DNA from: Balanoglossus misakiensis
Lineage: Eukaryota > Animalia > Hemichordata
Direction: 5' to 3'
NCBI GenBank assembly: GCA_040954595.2
Contig: CM082578.2
Coordinates: 2,586,831-2,650,830 of the forward strand
Length of the DNA: 64,000 nt
A model generated the notes under the pieces. The model was not told where the DNA came from, made no database searches, and saw nothing but the letters and a program-made list of their open reading frames with translations. Position 1 is the first letter of the stretch. Each line of letters begins with the position of its first letter. The translations under genes were made by a program, and so were the position numbers. Below are positions 1 through 12,577 of this stretch, in pieces.

Positions 1-404
1 AATTTACCGTAATCACTCCATCAGTTCGACCAGAAAAAAAAAATATATGATTAGTGAAAAGGCAAACTAATAGAATAAAAATAACATAAAACAAAAATGG
101 CCGCTCAAAGTGCTTGAATAATTTTTCAGGGGGCATGTTTGCATGACATGAATTGCATGCATTATAAGCATGTAGTTTTGGTGATATTTATGATAGAATT
201 GAACTGTTAAAAGTCACACAGAATAAAATCAGTGAGTTCTTTATACCTTAGAAGGTAGAAGTTGCAGATATCTTCTTGAAAAATATACAATATCAATATC
301 ATGCATTTAATCAGTGGTCAAACAATTGAAGGTTATAAAATAATTAATTTTCCAAAGAATAGTGGGTGGTTGAATTAATGAAGGAGTTGAACTGATGGAG
401 TGAG

Positions 405-1113
405 TATGTATGTATGTATGTATGTATGTATGTATGTATGCAGGGCTCGCGTTCACATCTATTTTTTGCGTTTTCACGCCAAACTACAATGTGTGCGCGC
501 AAATATTTTGTCACAGTTGCGTGACATGCACGCAAAAAAAATCCATTGAAAGATAACATCTGGTGAGGCTAATGGGCTATACGGGGTGCCTTTTCAAGGT
601 TGGTCGGTTGGGCGCCCTGTACACATATACGCGTACGCGCGCTTGTATGCTGTAGCAGGACGCACAGTGATGTACGTGCGGTAACCCAGACCACAAACTT
701 GGCACGTGTCCGCCCTATAATTTATGCATGCAGAAACCATTAGATATAAAAAAGTAAGTGGGGCTTCCCGGTCATTTTCCTTAAAGATTTTTTTTGTGTT
801 GGACCGTCTAGACATGAAGGGAGAACTCATTATCTGAAAGCCTGCTTTGTCTACCGCTATTTTGTTGCACGTAATTCAAATACAATTTCACACAAATTTT
901 TTTGGCTCTTTGCGTGCACTGTATGTAAAAAATTAAATATCAAACGCAAGCCCTGGTATGTATGTTTGTATGTGCGTGTGCGTGCGTGCGTACTGCGTGT
1001 ATGTATGTATGTATGTATGTATGTATGTATGTATGTATGGATGGATGGATGGATGTATGTATGTATGCGTGTATGTATGTATGTATGGATGGATGGATGG
1101 GATGGATGGATGG
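405..1113. repeat. (TATG)n/(GATG)n microsatellite tract, split by a MITE
   Basis: Tetranucleotide repeats are visible at 405-440 and 956-1113. They generate the spurious HTYI/MYVC ORFs in the track. Confidence 0.95.
441..955. mobile_element. Non-autonomous TIR element with CAG ends (hAT-like MITE)
   Basis: TIRs CAGGGCTCGCGTT / AACGCAAGCCCTG. GTATG flanks both ends, and the phase shift in the 4-nt repeat implies a 5-bp (or 9-bp) TSD rather than 8 bp. A related copy lies at about 28655-29024. Confidence 0.75.
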
Positions 1114-2162
1114 ATCTTGTGTGGTGCACCTGACTTTGACAGTACCTGTGTGCAAACGTTGGAAGCAGTCATCTTGGGCATGGCTGGACAGAAATTTGTG
1201 CAAGACGGCAGCCCATACCTGACCCTTTCCTTTTAGCTGTCACAGCCAGGAACGAGACTACTGGAAACACCTCTTCTACAGGCAATATTTTACACTATTT
1301 TTGTTTTTGTTCCTCAGGTTCTGCACAAGAGTCAACACGCCAAAGATAAGTTCACGATAGAAGAAGTAACAGAGATCTTCTGCAGCCGTAAAATGTTTCA
1401 TCTTAAGCAACAAGCACGATTAAAAATCCAATTAGATTGAACAGAATGAGGCCATGTTGATGGATTTCACGAAATTGGCGCAAACGTTTGAAACACTCCA
1501 GCAGGAGACAAGGTAGGTGTAGCGTACACTTGGATATATTTGTAAAGTTGAATATACCGGTACATGATATACTACAGTGGCACCTTTCTGCCAACAAAAA
1601 TTCAGCGGTCTGATTATGTGGTATGTACTCTAATATTGCAGTCACATTTGGGCCATCCCAAGCAGAGAAGGGTCTTATGGTCATAAGTATCGCAGACCTC
1701 TTTCTGCTTCCGATGGCCCATTATATTTTGCAGGACACAATTTTCATTTCAATCAGAGCACACTCATAAGATTTGCACATTGTACATGTGGTATCTCATG
1801 ACAGTATTGTAGTCATCATGTACTGCATGACTTGTCAGCCCAGCCTCAAGCAGTTCAAAAATAATGTACACCCAAAAGGAACATGGTCTTAGAGTTTTTG
1901 TGCCAACCAAAATCAAACGGTCTAATTATGTGGTAGTAATTTTGTCAACAGTCACTAATTGTAAAAAAAAAGGAATTAAAGCAGTGAAAATGCTCTGAGT
2001 TGTGGACAGAGTTGCATCACCCAGGAAAATACGGATGAGGTCGTCAAATTGCACCCAAGTGAAAAAAAAAATAACGTGGTCTGGCTGCAAAACGCCTCAG
2101 CCAAATTTTGTATAAATTGGGTCCATACAAATGAAAATTGGGTCCACCAAAATTGAAAAGGT

Positions 2163-4420
2163 CAGTGTTTTCTCCAGGACGCGCGATTGCGTGATTCCCC
2201 CTCTTTTACACTTGAATCGCCCCTTGAACTTGTTACAAGGGGCGATTCAATCGCCCCTTTCTTGAGCAGCCCACCCAACCAGTACATGTGCATCCATGCC
2301 TCCATAGCATGCACTATATGTCAAAACACTGGGAAAACGGCCGATATTACTGTGTTCTGGCCTATACATTGTAACTTCCCACCCCCAAAACTATGTTGTA
2401 GATGACTTTCACATTCAATTACTTGTAATTTAGCTCCAGAGCTATAGTGTGCAATTATTGGAACAGCCAAAGAGTTCTATCTGGACACCGTCTAAATTTA
2501 GAGCACACATTAAAGTGAGCTTGTTGTTATGGTGACCTTTGAAATTGGGTTGGCAGAACAAAACAATTTTATGCAAATTAAGAGAACTGCGTTCATGCCA
2601 TGGCGATTATAAGGTGGTGAGGGTCACAACGTCACTTCCGGTTTAACCCGCTCTTAGTCAGCAAAACATGGTCGACCCAGCAGTGTCACACATGTGGCTT
2701 TCTGTGCGCAATCAACTTATGTTCTCGTAGGTAATGTAAAGGAAACTCCGTTCGAACGAAAAACCAATCCAATTTATATAAGTTCATGTATGTTAGCATC
2801 GTTCTGTGAGGAAAGTACTATCGATTTTGTTCGGAGTCGCGATTTTTTAGTGTTTTTTCACTCGGTATGTCAGCTGGCATCATGGCGTACTGTTGCCAAC
2901 GATCGTACTCGGACGACGTAGTTTGAAGTTAGCAGGCAGACTAAACAGCGAGCGCACAGCTTTCTTATGTGTATATTTTGAAAGACTAATATGTAATGTG
3001 TGTAAAATTGCATGGGAGCCCCAAAGCGCCCCTTTTATTTTATCGATTTCACCGTATTTAGAAACTGTACTATCTCATAGGTGCCTTACACATTCCCTCT
3101 CCGTATGTGAAGGCCGTGGTGATCGCAACTTACTGTAATACTAAATTTTAGAATAACCCTATTACAGTCAACACATTCCTGAAAAAGACCAACGACATTA
3201 CGCTCACTTCGGTACCATTCCAGCGGCAGTAAAATTTTCTTTCAAGCACTTATATACGATTTTTTATGTGGTAGTTAAGGACGCGCGCCGTTTGACTTGC
3301 GTAACTAACCACATATTTACAAACATGCATGTAGGTTTCTTGTACTCATTGTGCGTAAAATAAAAAAAGTCTTCTGGTTTTCGTTTATTTGCGGTTTGGA
3401 GTGGGGTTTAAAAAAATACTGTACATATTTGAGAAGAAAACTGAGTTGTAATAGAACAAATAGAAAAGCTGCAACGGTATGTTGGCCTACGGTAAAGCTT
3501 TTCACGCTCGGCGGCCATCATGCAGCAACGCCCCGTCGACGTATGCGCATAGCCCCGCGGCCAGTACATCGATCCGAATAGACGGTTAAAAACGTCAAGC
3601 GAGCCGAAAATATCACAGAGAACGAACTTGGTACCAATCTGTGCACAACTAAATGTCCGGTGTCACAAAAATCGAAAATATCCTACGTAAAAGGTTCAAA
3701 GAAAGTGATCGTCCAGACACTGCTGACGTGTGTACTCGAGGCCAGCCTGAAGTCAAATGAACGCTTACTCATGTTGGACCCCCCATGGTGCTCTGCGCGT
3801 GACCCTCACCACCTTGGCGATTATCAAGAATGTATCAGTTTTCCATGACCTCGTTTTCTTACTTAGGAAGGAAAGTCATTCAATATGTACAGAGACTGTT
3901 TACTTTGAGTAGTGTGCCTAGCCACAGATGGGGAAGTGTAGGCAGAAATCTGAAGGAAAATATACCACTTCAATTTATTCCACTATTAATGGTTTCACAA
4001 TCTAATATTTTGGCAGCTAAACTGAAACTTTTAAAATCAAACTAAATAATTTTTTCCCAGGTATAGTATTAAAGAAAGACACTATTGTTTTTGCAGTTGC
4101 ATTTATTTTATTCATTTCACTCTCCTTGCCAGGGGAGCAGTTCTTAGTCACTCTCCTACCACTTGTGTAAATAATTTCAGGAAAGTTATTTTCAGCTCTC
4201 CAGCATTTTTTAAATTACACGCCCTGAAAGTTATGCATGCTGGAGTGTTCCTCTGCAAAACCTACTAATTTATTATTCAAAATGGTCAGTACTTGATATT
4301 TACCTAAGTAACATAAATTATGCAAATCATGATTCCCCCCTATTTTGACCAAATCCCCCCTTAATTTTAGACTAAGGGGGGACATTCCCCCCTTCTCTCA
4401 ACATCCTGGAGAAAACACTG
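2163..4420 (+). mobile_element. Non-autonomous hAT element with 6-bp TSD, related to the autonomous element at 49866-52912
   Basis: Perfect 16-bp TIR CAGTGTTTTCTCCAGG. TSD AAAGGT at 2157-2162 and 4421-4426. Both subterminal regions resemble those of the 49866-52912 element. Confidence 0.9.
2571..2736 (+). promoter_or_regulatory. Promoter/first-exon-like segment inside the hAT element
   Basis: Octamer ATGCAAAT (2571), ETS-like ACTTCCGG (2634), YY1-like AACATGGTCG (2665), then a donor-like GTAGGTAATG (2727). Locally CpG-rich. Confidence 0.3.
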
Positions 4421-4825
4421 AAAGGTGTCTGCAAATATTACAGTAGTGCTGACCCAGAATTTGAATTGTTGTTGGCATGTAGGGGCCAATATGGTCCATT
4501 GCATTTTCTCATCAGGGGACACCCGTTTGTATGTATATTGGCCAGACTTTTGAAAACAACATATTTGGATCAAACCACTAATGTGGTGAAAGAAATAAAT
4601 GAACAGCATTGAAGAGTTGTGTCTTTTAAATTGCGTCTTTTTCAATAATGTCTATTTAGCTTTCATTTTTGTGTGTATATACCAAGAATGTGGCAGTTTC
4701 TTGAAGAGGGTGCACATACGTGTCTAACAATTTTGGAAATCACTGAAAATAACCCGTAAATTGCTGAATATGAGTCAGTTTGAGCCCATGAGTCTTATGC
4801 ATACTATCAACTACTGTGGAACAAT

Positions 4826-5240
4826 AGAATCTCACACTCCCAAGGACCTGAGATCGTATTTCTCACACGAGTTGGGGATTTTCTGTCCCACACTCGCCTG
4901 CGGCTCATGTGGGACAGAATATCCCGACGAGTGTGAGAAATATGATCCCAGGTCCTTGGTGTGTGAGATTATTTTTCTCACACGGTCACAAATTAGCCAA
5001 ATTCGTTAAAAACATTGAATAAATGACGCTGGAACTGTCGTCTGGGGGCACGTTGTAGTCTCTGTTCCTGTAATACACATCGCGCCATTGGATAACTTTT
5101 TGCACGCGTAGCAAAATAACGCTTTGTCAACCAATCAGCGCCCGCGTCATATACAGCTTTCGATTCAGTGAGAGTGTGAGAACAATTTGTTCTCACACTT
5201 TGTTCTTACACTCCCAGCGTGCCAGGAGTGTGAGAACAGG
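4826..5240. mobile_element. Hairpin-bearing non-autonomous repeat (Crypton-like architecture)
   Basis: Long imperfect palindrome at about 4827-4971 centred on CTCGCCTGCGGCTC, followed by a tail with AACCAATCAG and GTGTGAGAA motifs. The family assignment is an inference. Confidence 0.45.
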
Positions 5241-5967
5241 TCATTTTCGTGAGTAATAAATTTAAGCGAAATACGGGAGAGCAAAAAATACGCGAAATAT
5301 AATTGTGAAAGAACAATGTGCATGAGAACGCGAAAATTAACTCTCGCGTAACAGTGGCCTCTTTCGATGTCACGAAAAATTTCAACTCGCGAAAATAACA
5401 TGTTTTACAGTATCTCTAATGTTGTACTGTCTTGGGTGTCTTTCAGCGGGGATAATCTGCAGCATGAAAAAAACAAGAACGAGTACCACCAACAATTCGA
5501 ACAAATGGATGAGGCACTGGCCGCTTTCAGCCGAAAAGCCAGAGTGTTGAAAACGTGGTGGAAAGGTATGGTGAATCTTGACCCCTGTGTGACCTTTACA
5601 TCCTGGTTTTTTGTTGGTATAATTGAACCATTTTGAGTTTAAACTCTGGATCAGCCAACCTTACACACTGAATCTGTGCATATAGTTGTAAATCATCCCA
5701 AAACAATAATATTGTCTACTACACAAAAGGGACGCATGTTGTGTGTAATGTTGAATCATGTGCCAACAAAACACAGGTGTTTCTAAAACTTGTAATGAGC
5801 AGAACCTACAGTAATGACCAATAATGAACTTGAAATAGATAGAATGATTAAAGGCACATAAGCTGCAACTTTTGGGATAATTATCATAATTTTTGTTTCA
5901 AACTGCACTACCATTAGTCCATGCAGATGAAGGCAGTGAACTATACACAAGCATTATATACCCTAAA

Positions 5968-6799
5968 CAGGGTTTTACATGACGCGCATTTCTGCGTCCT
6001 TTATGCACAAAACTGGGCGTGGGACCCGTCAAAAACTAAACCATGCGTCCCTTGGGACGCATGAAATATGTCTGTTGTTGAGACCCTTGTTGCGCGTTTC
6101 CTGATATCTAATGGGTGTACGCGTACACAGAGAGTCAATTAAACAGTTAATGACCTTATGACCTGTAATCGATACTGATAACAGTTTCATAGCAAACTTG
6201 TAGCAAACTTGGTTTATTGTTGAATTTGATACAGTTTACGCACACGCTGTCACCCTCTTGGGAATTATAAGTTACACTGCGATATCACGCCCTATATTGC
6301 ACTTGGCTGTGTGCAAGCAGTGAACTACCGTGACTCCTATTGCTCTGAAACCAACTCCGTCCATGAGTACCAGCAGTCTCAGTTTTGTTGAAAACCCTGA
6401 AGTTAAACTTTAAATATAGATTCAGCTGCAAATTTCTCGAATAAGACTTTAAGAAGACCAAGTTGAGAGTACATGTACTGGTATTCTCCATATTATATGC
6501 TTTAGGTCAAAGGGTCACTCATAAGGTGATGTTCAAGATGGGACCCCTAGCCATACTACAGTTGATCTTGGAATTACTCCCTATATCTTGTAGACAATAT
6601 CATTTTATGATTTGGATTGGTATTGATTCTTACAACCGTTGCCCATTCACAGAAGGATTTTCTAATTTCCAGCATTGATAAAATGATAAAATATTCTGGT
6701 GAAATAAATTGGGACCCCCATGATTTGATGTAGGACCCCCATTTTTCAACACTAGGAGTCCCAGGGACTCCCAAAAGTAAAAAGTGATGTAAAACCCTG
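5968..6799. mobile_element. hAT-like MITE with 6-bp TSD
   Basis: 13-bp TIR CAGGGTTTTACAT. TSD CCTAAA at 5962-5967 and 6800-6805. Confidence 0.85.
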
Positions 6800-7083
6800 C
6801 CTAAATATGAATGCATATGCAAGTTTTAACCAGATAAATAATAAAGCTTTGCCGCAAGCAAATATGGCCGTCACCGTGGGTAAAAGCAAGTAACAATGAA
6901 AATGTTGCATTTCCGGTTGTGAAACTTCATAAACAAAACATGATCTCATCCACTTGAGCTCATGGAAGTATATGTACACTGCTGTGACATTATATTTTCC
7001 TTTTTCATTGTAATATTGCACTTTTTTTAACAATTGCAGGAATTTTCGTTTTTCTTTAATTTTTGGCCATTTTGCCATAAATA

Positions 7084-8630
7084 CCGTATATTCTCGCAAT
7101 TAAGCGCCACCCATGATTAGGCGCCAATGATACCTGACTTTGCTACTTTTTACTTAAAATTAAGCACCAGGAATTTTTTTTTTTTGAGGTGTGTGGACGT
7201 ACGTGAATCATGGCAAGTACTACCAGGGTTTAGGGATCTTGTCAAAATCAATGGGGGCTTGCTGCGTGAATAATAATTGACCTGGGCAGACAATGCATGC
7301 TTTGGGCTGATGTGCTATTTATTTATAAGATGAAATCGGGCACATGTCAACCTCCTAATTTATGTAAATAATTATTCACTGCAAAAGACACAGGTGCCCG
7401 GCGTCTAGACACTTGTCTTTTTCCTGTTGATCGATCGGCAGCCGCTTACGTTACCGGCACTACCACCCAAGTTTGACCATATGGCCAGGGCTTTGAAATA
7501 ATAGGACTAGTTTCAAGTTGTGAATGTTTGCGGTATTAATTTTCTCATGAATATTCACGCAACGTGAGTATTCACGCAACCTTGCCTGACCTTACATGTG
7601 TGAGAGCATGTGATGACAAAGACGCACTTGAACTAAACCACTATACGTCAGTAGATTTTGTTGATGGTTCAGCCAGCATACTGTAATGCTGCTCGTAGTA
7701 TTCACTTCGTTGACAACTTTTTATTTCTAGAATATTTATTAGACAATACATTGAACTGACTGTATTTGAATAGAAAATGTTAAAACTTTACATATGAATT
7801 CGAAACAGCCATTCAGTCACTGCGGACACCCCCTTAGGAGAACACTCATTGGAACGTCCCAAATCATTAATTTGCATATGAATTAAAGCCCCAGTATTTC
7901 TCGTGTGCATCCATTTTTCATCATCGAAAAAAGCCCGTTTTTCCAGTACATCCATCATGGAATACTATATAATGCGGATGTAAGAAAGGTTTGGGCAATT
8001 GTAGCTACATGCAAGCCGAAAATATCGCCCGTAACACTTGAAATGATGCGCGGGTTTGTTTACAACGGTAATGTTGTACATGTCGATCAGCAAACGTGCC
8101 ACTTTGACATTTTGATGGTCAGACCATTTTCGGATTTGATCTGGTTCCATCGACTGATTTCTCCCATAAAGTTATCTTCCCAAAATTTCGCCGAATTAGT
8201 GCGCATTTCTTCGCTGAGTCGCTTGATTTGGGGCGACCAAACCTCTTCCGCATAGATTCACATTTGAGTGCGCATGCGCACTAGTCACGTGTGTCAACAT
8301 TAGCCTGACTCACGTGACTTTCTGTCCGGACAGAAAGTCATTCTTCACTCGTTATATTGTAAATTGTATGAGTTTATCAGCAGAGCTGGGGATGATGACT
8401 GTTCGATTCAGTATCAATTATCATCTACTTTTAGAAATTATAGATGCCGTTTCAAACAAAATTTTGCCCCTACGAGAAATACTGTGGCTTTAACAGGGTA
8501 CAGTATATATATACAGGGCGACCCATGAAAAAGCGCCACCGGTTCTTGAAAGACTCATTTCTGCCTTTGTTTAGGCGCCACCAAAATTTGAAATGGTTAA
8601 AAAGTGGCGCTTATTTGTGAGAATATACGG
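7084..8630. mobile_element. pogo/Tc1-mariner-type non-autonomous element
   Basis: TIR CCGTATATTCTCGCAATTAAGCGCCAC / GTGGCGCTTATTTGTGAGAATATACGG, flanked by TA on both sides. Confidence 0.85.
7887..8489. mobile_element. Kolobok-type MITE nested in the pogo-like element
   Basis: TTAA on both sides. TIR AGCCCCAGTATTTCTCGT / ACGAGAAATACTGTGGCT with RR...YY ends. Confidence 0.75.
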
Positions 8631-9949
8631 TACTCTGAATGTTTGAAGAAACTTTACAAACCCTATATGAATTCCCATCTACATAAAATGGAGCAGCAAA
8701 CAGTTATATTGATGTTAGGCCAGAGAAAAAAAATCTTGTTCATTGGATTTTTTGGCCCTAGTTCCAGGAGCGGCGAGCGAAGAAATTTTTTTTTTTTTAG
8801 GCTGAAGGTAAACCGCGGTTCTCTGGCATATTTGCACAGATGCAGACTTCTTGCCACCCCACCCCGATGCTTACTTTGACTAGAGTGGTAAAATTAAAAT
8901 TTGTCCTGCCTAATATTGAGTTAATTTGCTTTTGAGTTCATTAAATTGCAACTTTGAGCACCGTATTTTACAAAATTTTCTTACGTGGGAGGGGGGCACC
9001 CCCGCCCACACCCACCCCCGCCACTTTTCTTGTTTTACCGATTCTAGCAACTATTGTATTGACTTGTCATTTTAATTTGTTCATAGATTTCTTTATTGCA
9101 ACGATATACTATTATATACTTCAATAAGACTTTAAGAAATATATAATTGAGGTGTGAGGAGCCTCATTCCCTTTATTGCATACAGTGTACATAGGATCAG
9201 GACGGCGAATGTTTTGGGCATGGGGGGGGGGGTCATCATATTTTTGGGTCTGTCAAAGGGGGGGTCATAATTTTTTGGTCCTGGCTGAAGGGGGGGTCGG
9301 CCTGATTTTGAGAACCGATGACACAAACTTGCCGCCCCCCCCCCCCTGCCGTAAAAACTGAACGGTCCCTTATGTGTAGGGAACGCGACGCTACCCGAAA
9401 TCACAAGCTCAGTCCCAAATTCGAAACTTGCCTCACTACCAAAAACACGCTCAAGGCAGACATGAAAACACAAAAAGTATTGAGATTTAAAAATCACCAA
9501 GCGACTAGTGGGCTAGTCTAGTTTTACGCGTACAAAGCCTAGTTGATTTTTTCACATTTTGATGACATATGAAGAGGATTTGATTTTCACAATGTGTTAT
9601 CCCTCGAGGCCTTAAAAGCAGTCTGATATTATTTGTGGGACCATAGTTGAAATAAGTTCTTAACCTTTCAGTGTTATCCCTGCACTTTGGACATTTTTAT
9701 TTTTGTGTAGTGTACATTTTAAAGTGAAAAAATACATAAAATCAAATTAACTTGTCAAGCCAGTACTTGCAAAACTTGAATTGAACAATCAGCAGATTGT
9801 GAAAATTGACAATCTTTGCTTGTTTAGAAAATTTTGGTACTAATAGTGATGTTCTTACCACTTTATTTCAGTGATGTCATACTGATAGGCTTTATGCGAC
9901 ATAATAAACCATGGAAGACATCATATTTTCAAAGAAGATCTCGTGTTAA

Positions 9950-10684
9950 GGTGGCATTGCATGAAACTGTCGAGACTTTTTCAGAGGCCTATTTCTCATC
10001 AAAGACAACATTAAAATCCCCATAAACCATATATATTCTGGAAGCTGAGATTTTGAACTTTTGTTTGAGTTGCAAATATTATTGATCCCCGGAAATGGTG
10101 GCGATTTTGGGTGAAAAAAACCCATTTTTGGATATTATGTCATGAAATTTAAAATAGGTAAAAAAGTTGACCATGCATCATGCACCTTAATATGTCATTC
10201 GAAACTAGAGTACACGTGCAAAAAAACAGTAATTTTGTTTTGCGTTATCTGCTTCCATTGAGGAGTAACAGCGTTTGAAAGTTAGATTTTTAGTAAAATT
10301 TGATCAAATTCATGGTGATTTGTATTGAATCAGAGTTTATTCCCGCCAGGGACACTTTATCAACTAACAAAAATATCGTTTTGTTGGATGGGTCATACAC
10401 AATCCCCAGTTAAAATTTGAGCAAATTTGGCCAACGCAGAGCGAAGCTATTGTCGTCTGAAGTTGTCAAGAGCAGCGAAAATGCAAACTGAGAAAAACGG
10501 CCATTTGCATTGTTGACACCTATTTGTTAAGCTGTGAACTCATTCAGAAAAGTGCTATTTTGGGTTGATTATGGACCATTTCCGCCAAGACGTATTAGTC
10601 AAGGTGTGGGTCAGTAAAAGGCCTACCGATTTATGTAAAAAAATAAAATTTGGCAAAAATCACAACTTTTCATGCAATGCCACC
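9950..10684. mobile_element. Kolobok-type MITE
   Basis: TTAA TSD at 9946-9949 and 10685-10688. 17-bp TIR GGTGGCATTGCATGAAA. Confidence 0.8.
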
Positions 10685-11269
10685 TTAAGTCTCTATTTGA
10701 CTTCCTGGCCAGAGCTGGATTGTTTCTTAGAAACAAAAACTTTATCCCTTGCAAGTGGACAAGCAGAAAAATGGAAATATAAGACACAAAGAGTTATTGA
10801 ATGAAAATTTACATTCATATTTAAAAAAAAACTTGTGTTTATTTGTGTATGATATGGTGTGTGCTGGTTACAGGATATATTTTTCAACAATCTTTAATAG
10901 GACATGATTGTCATATTGAAAGTGTTGACCCGCACCGACCCGCAGCCCGCATGACCCGCACAATAGTTACACTCATTACTTCCAGAGCAGGTCTTCAAAT
11001 CGAATTCAACTTGCACGTCATTTTCTTGCAAATTGTTCACAGTTCACATTTGTTGCCATGCAGTGTTTTATATAAAGTGACATGAAAAGGTAAAAAAAAT
11101 AATACATGTAATCTGTCAGTGTTAGTAGTCTCTCTGTCGTTCTTTCATTGTGTCACTACATGTACAAAATCAAGTTAAGACAAAATGCACATTTATTGTA
11201 ATGTGTCTTGCCACCCACAGTCAGATTTCATGATAAAACAGAAAAAAATCGCATTCGATAAGAGTTAAT

Positions 11270-11555
11270 CACAGGGGCCTCTGCCTCCGCGAGTTTGTTT
11301 GTTTGTTTGTTTGTTGTTGTTGTTGTTGTTGATGATTTTTGGCATAATAAACAAATACACATTTCTTTTCTAATAAATATGGTTTGTTGACATGTAAGGG
11401 TTAGGGTATATTCGACAGGTTAGGGTATATTCGACATGTCAACAAACCATATTAATTAATAAAGAAATATGTATTTGTTTATTATGCCAAAAATCATCAT
11501 CATCAACAACAACAACAAACAAACAAACAAAATCGCGGAGGGAGAGGCCCCTGTG
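11270..11555. mobile_element. Foldback MITE with P-element-like ends
   Basis: The whole element is an inverted repeat, CACAGGGGCCTCT...AGAGGCCCCTGTG. 7-bp TSD AGTTAAT at 11263-11269 and 11556-11562. CANRG termini with a 7-8 bp TSD fit the P superfamily. Confidence 0.75.
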
Positions 11556-11574
11556 AGTTAATAACTACTGTAAC

Positions 11575-12577
11575 ACCGTAACAGTAATAAGTTTTTAGTG
11601 TCTGACACTATGCTTTACATAAAGCAGCAAGAAGATGATCAAGCTCTGCATGGATTTCTCAGAATGGCAGAAAAGTCGATTTTTGTAGCCAATTGAATTT
11701 CCAATTTATTCTGCCCAATCTTTCAGCTTACATGTAGGTAATCATGTTTGATCTTTATATGGCTTCAATACTACTTTTCACAAATACTTCAGTGTTAACA
11801 TCCCAATTCACTGTGTTTGGACCCAACCACACTATTAAAAATATTGGGACTGGACCAAAATATGAGGGTGAAAAGTTGAATATTTGTTGTATTTTTGGTG
11901 TGACTGATATTGAAATGGCCATTTTCTCCCACAGTCTGACACTCAAGACCAAGTTTTCATCCAGTGGCAGAGTGGTGAAGTGGCCACCATGCATATCTTA
12001 GTGGTACACGCTATGGTCATTCTGCTAACCTTTGGAAAACCTCCACGTATGTATGCAACTGTAACAGTAGTAAGTTTTTATTGCTGACCACTATATGAAG
12101 CAGCAACATAATTGAGCTCGGCATGGAGATCTCAGAATGGCAGAAAAGTCAATTTTTGTAGCCAATTGAATTTCAAATTTATTCTGTGCCGACTTTCAGC
12201 TTAATCAAGTATGACCTTAATATGGCTTCAATGTTTTCCCAAATTTTAATATAGAATGCTCCACTGTCCAGTGTTCATCCCCATTCAATGTATACATTGT
12301 ATAGATCCAACCATACTATTGAAAATAATTGGACTGGACCAAAATATGCGGGTGAAATGTTAAAGTTCAACATACCTAATGACCAGTCGCAGACATATAT
12401 ATTAGTTGTATTTTTGGTGTAACTGATAGTGAAATGGCCATCTTCTCCCACAGTCTGACACTCAAGACCAAGTGTTCATCCAATGGCAGAGTGGTGAAGT
12501 GGCCACCATGCATATCTTAGTGGTACATGCCATGGTCATTCTGCTAACCTTTGGAAAACCTCCATGTATGTATGCAA
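11575..12577 (+). repeat. Tandem duplication (about 0.5 kb x2) containing one INTS1 exon
   Basis: Two diverged copies of intron plus a 112-nt exon (11935-12046 and 12454-12565), both encoding SDTQDQVFIQWQSGEVATMHILVVHAMVILLTFGKPP. Confidence 0.92.

Larger units (their letters stand above)
1318..5565 (+). pseudogene. Two phase-compatible exon remnants (1318-1512, 5447-5565) of an unidentified non-INTS1 gene
   Basis: Both have polypyrimidine-AG acceptors and GT donors. Joined they read ...IEQNEAMLMDFTKLAQTFETLQQETS|GDNLQHEKNKNEYHQQFEQMDEALAAFSRKARVLKTWWK. Stops occur upstream in the same frame of the first exon. Confidence 0.4.

Noticed and set aside
857-1236. Several 80-90 aa ORFs on both strands
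   Set aside because: They are translations of the (TATG)n/(GATG)n microsatellite.
11396-11437. GGTTAGGG units resembling telomeric repeats
   Set aside because: There are only two units, inside a 19-bp duplication at the centre of a foldback MITE, so this is not an interstitial telomere.
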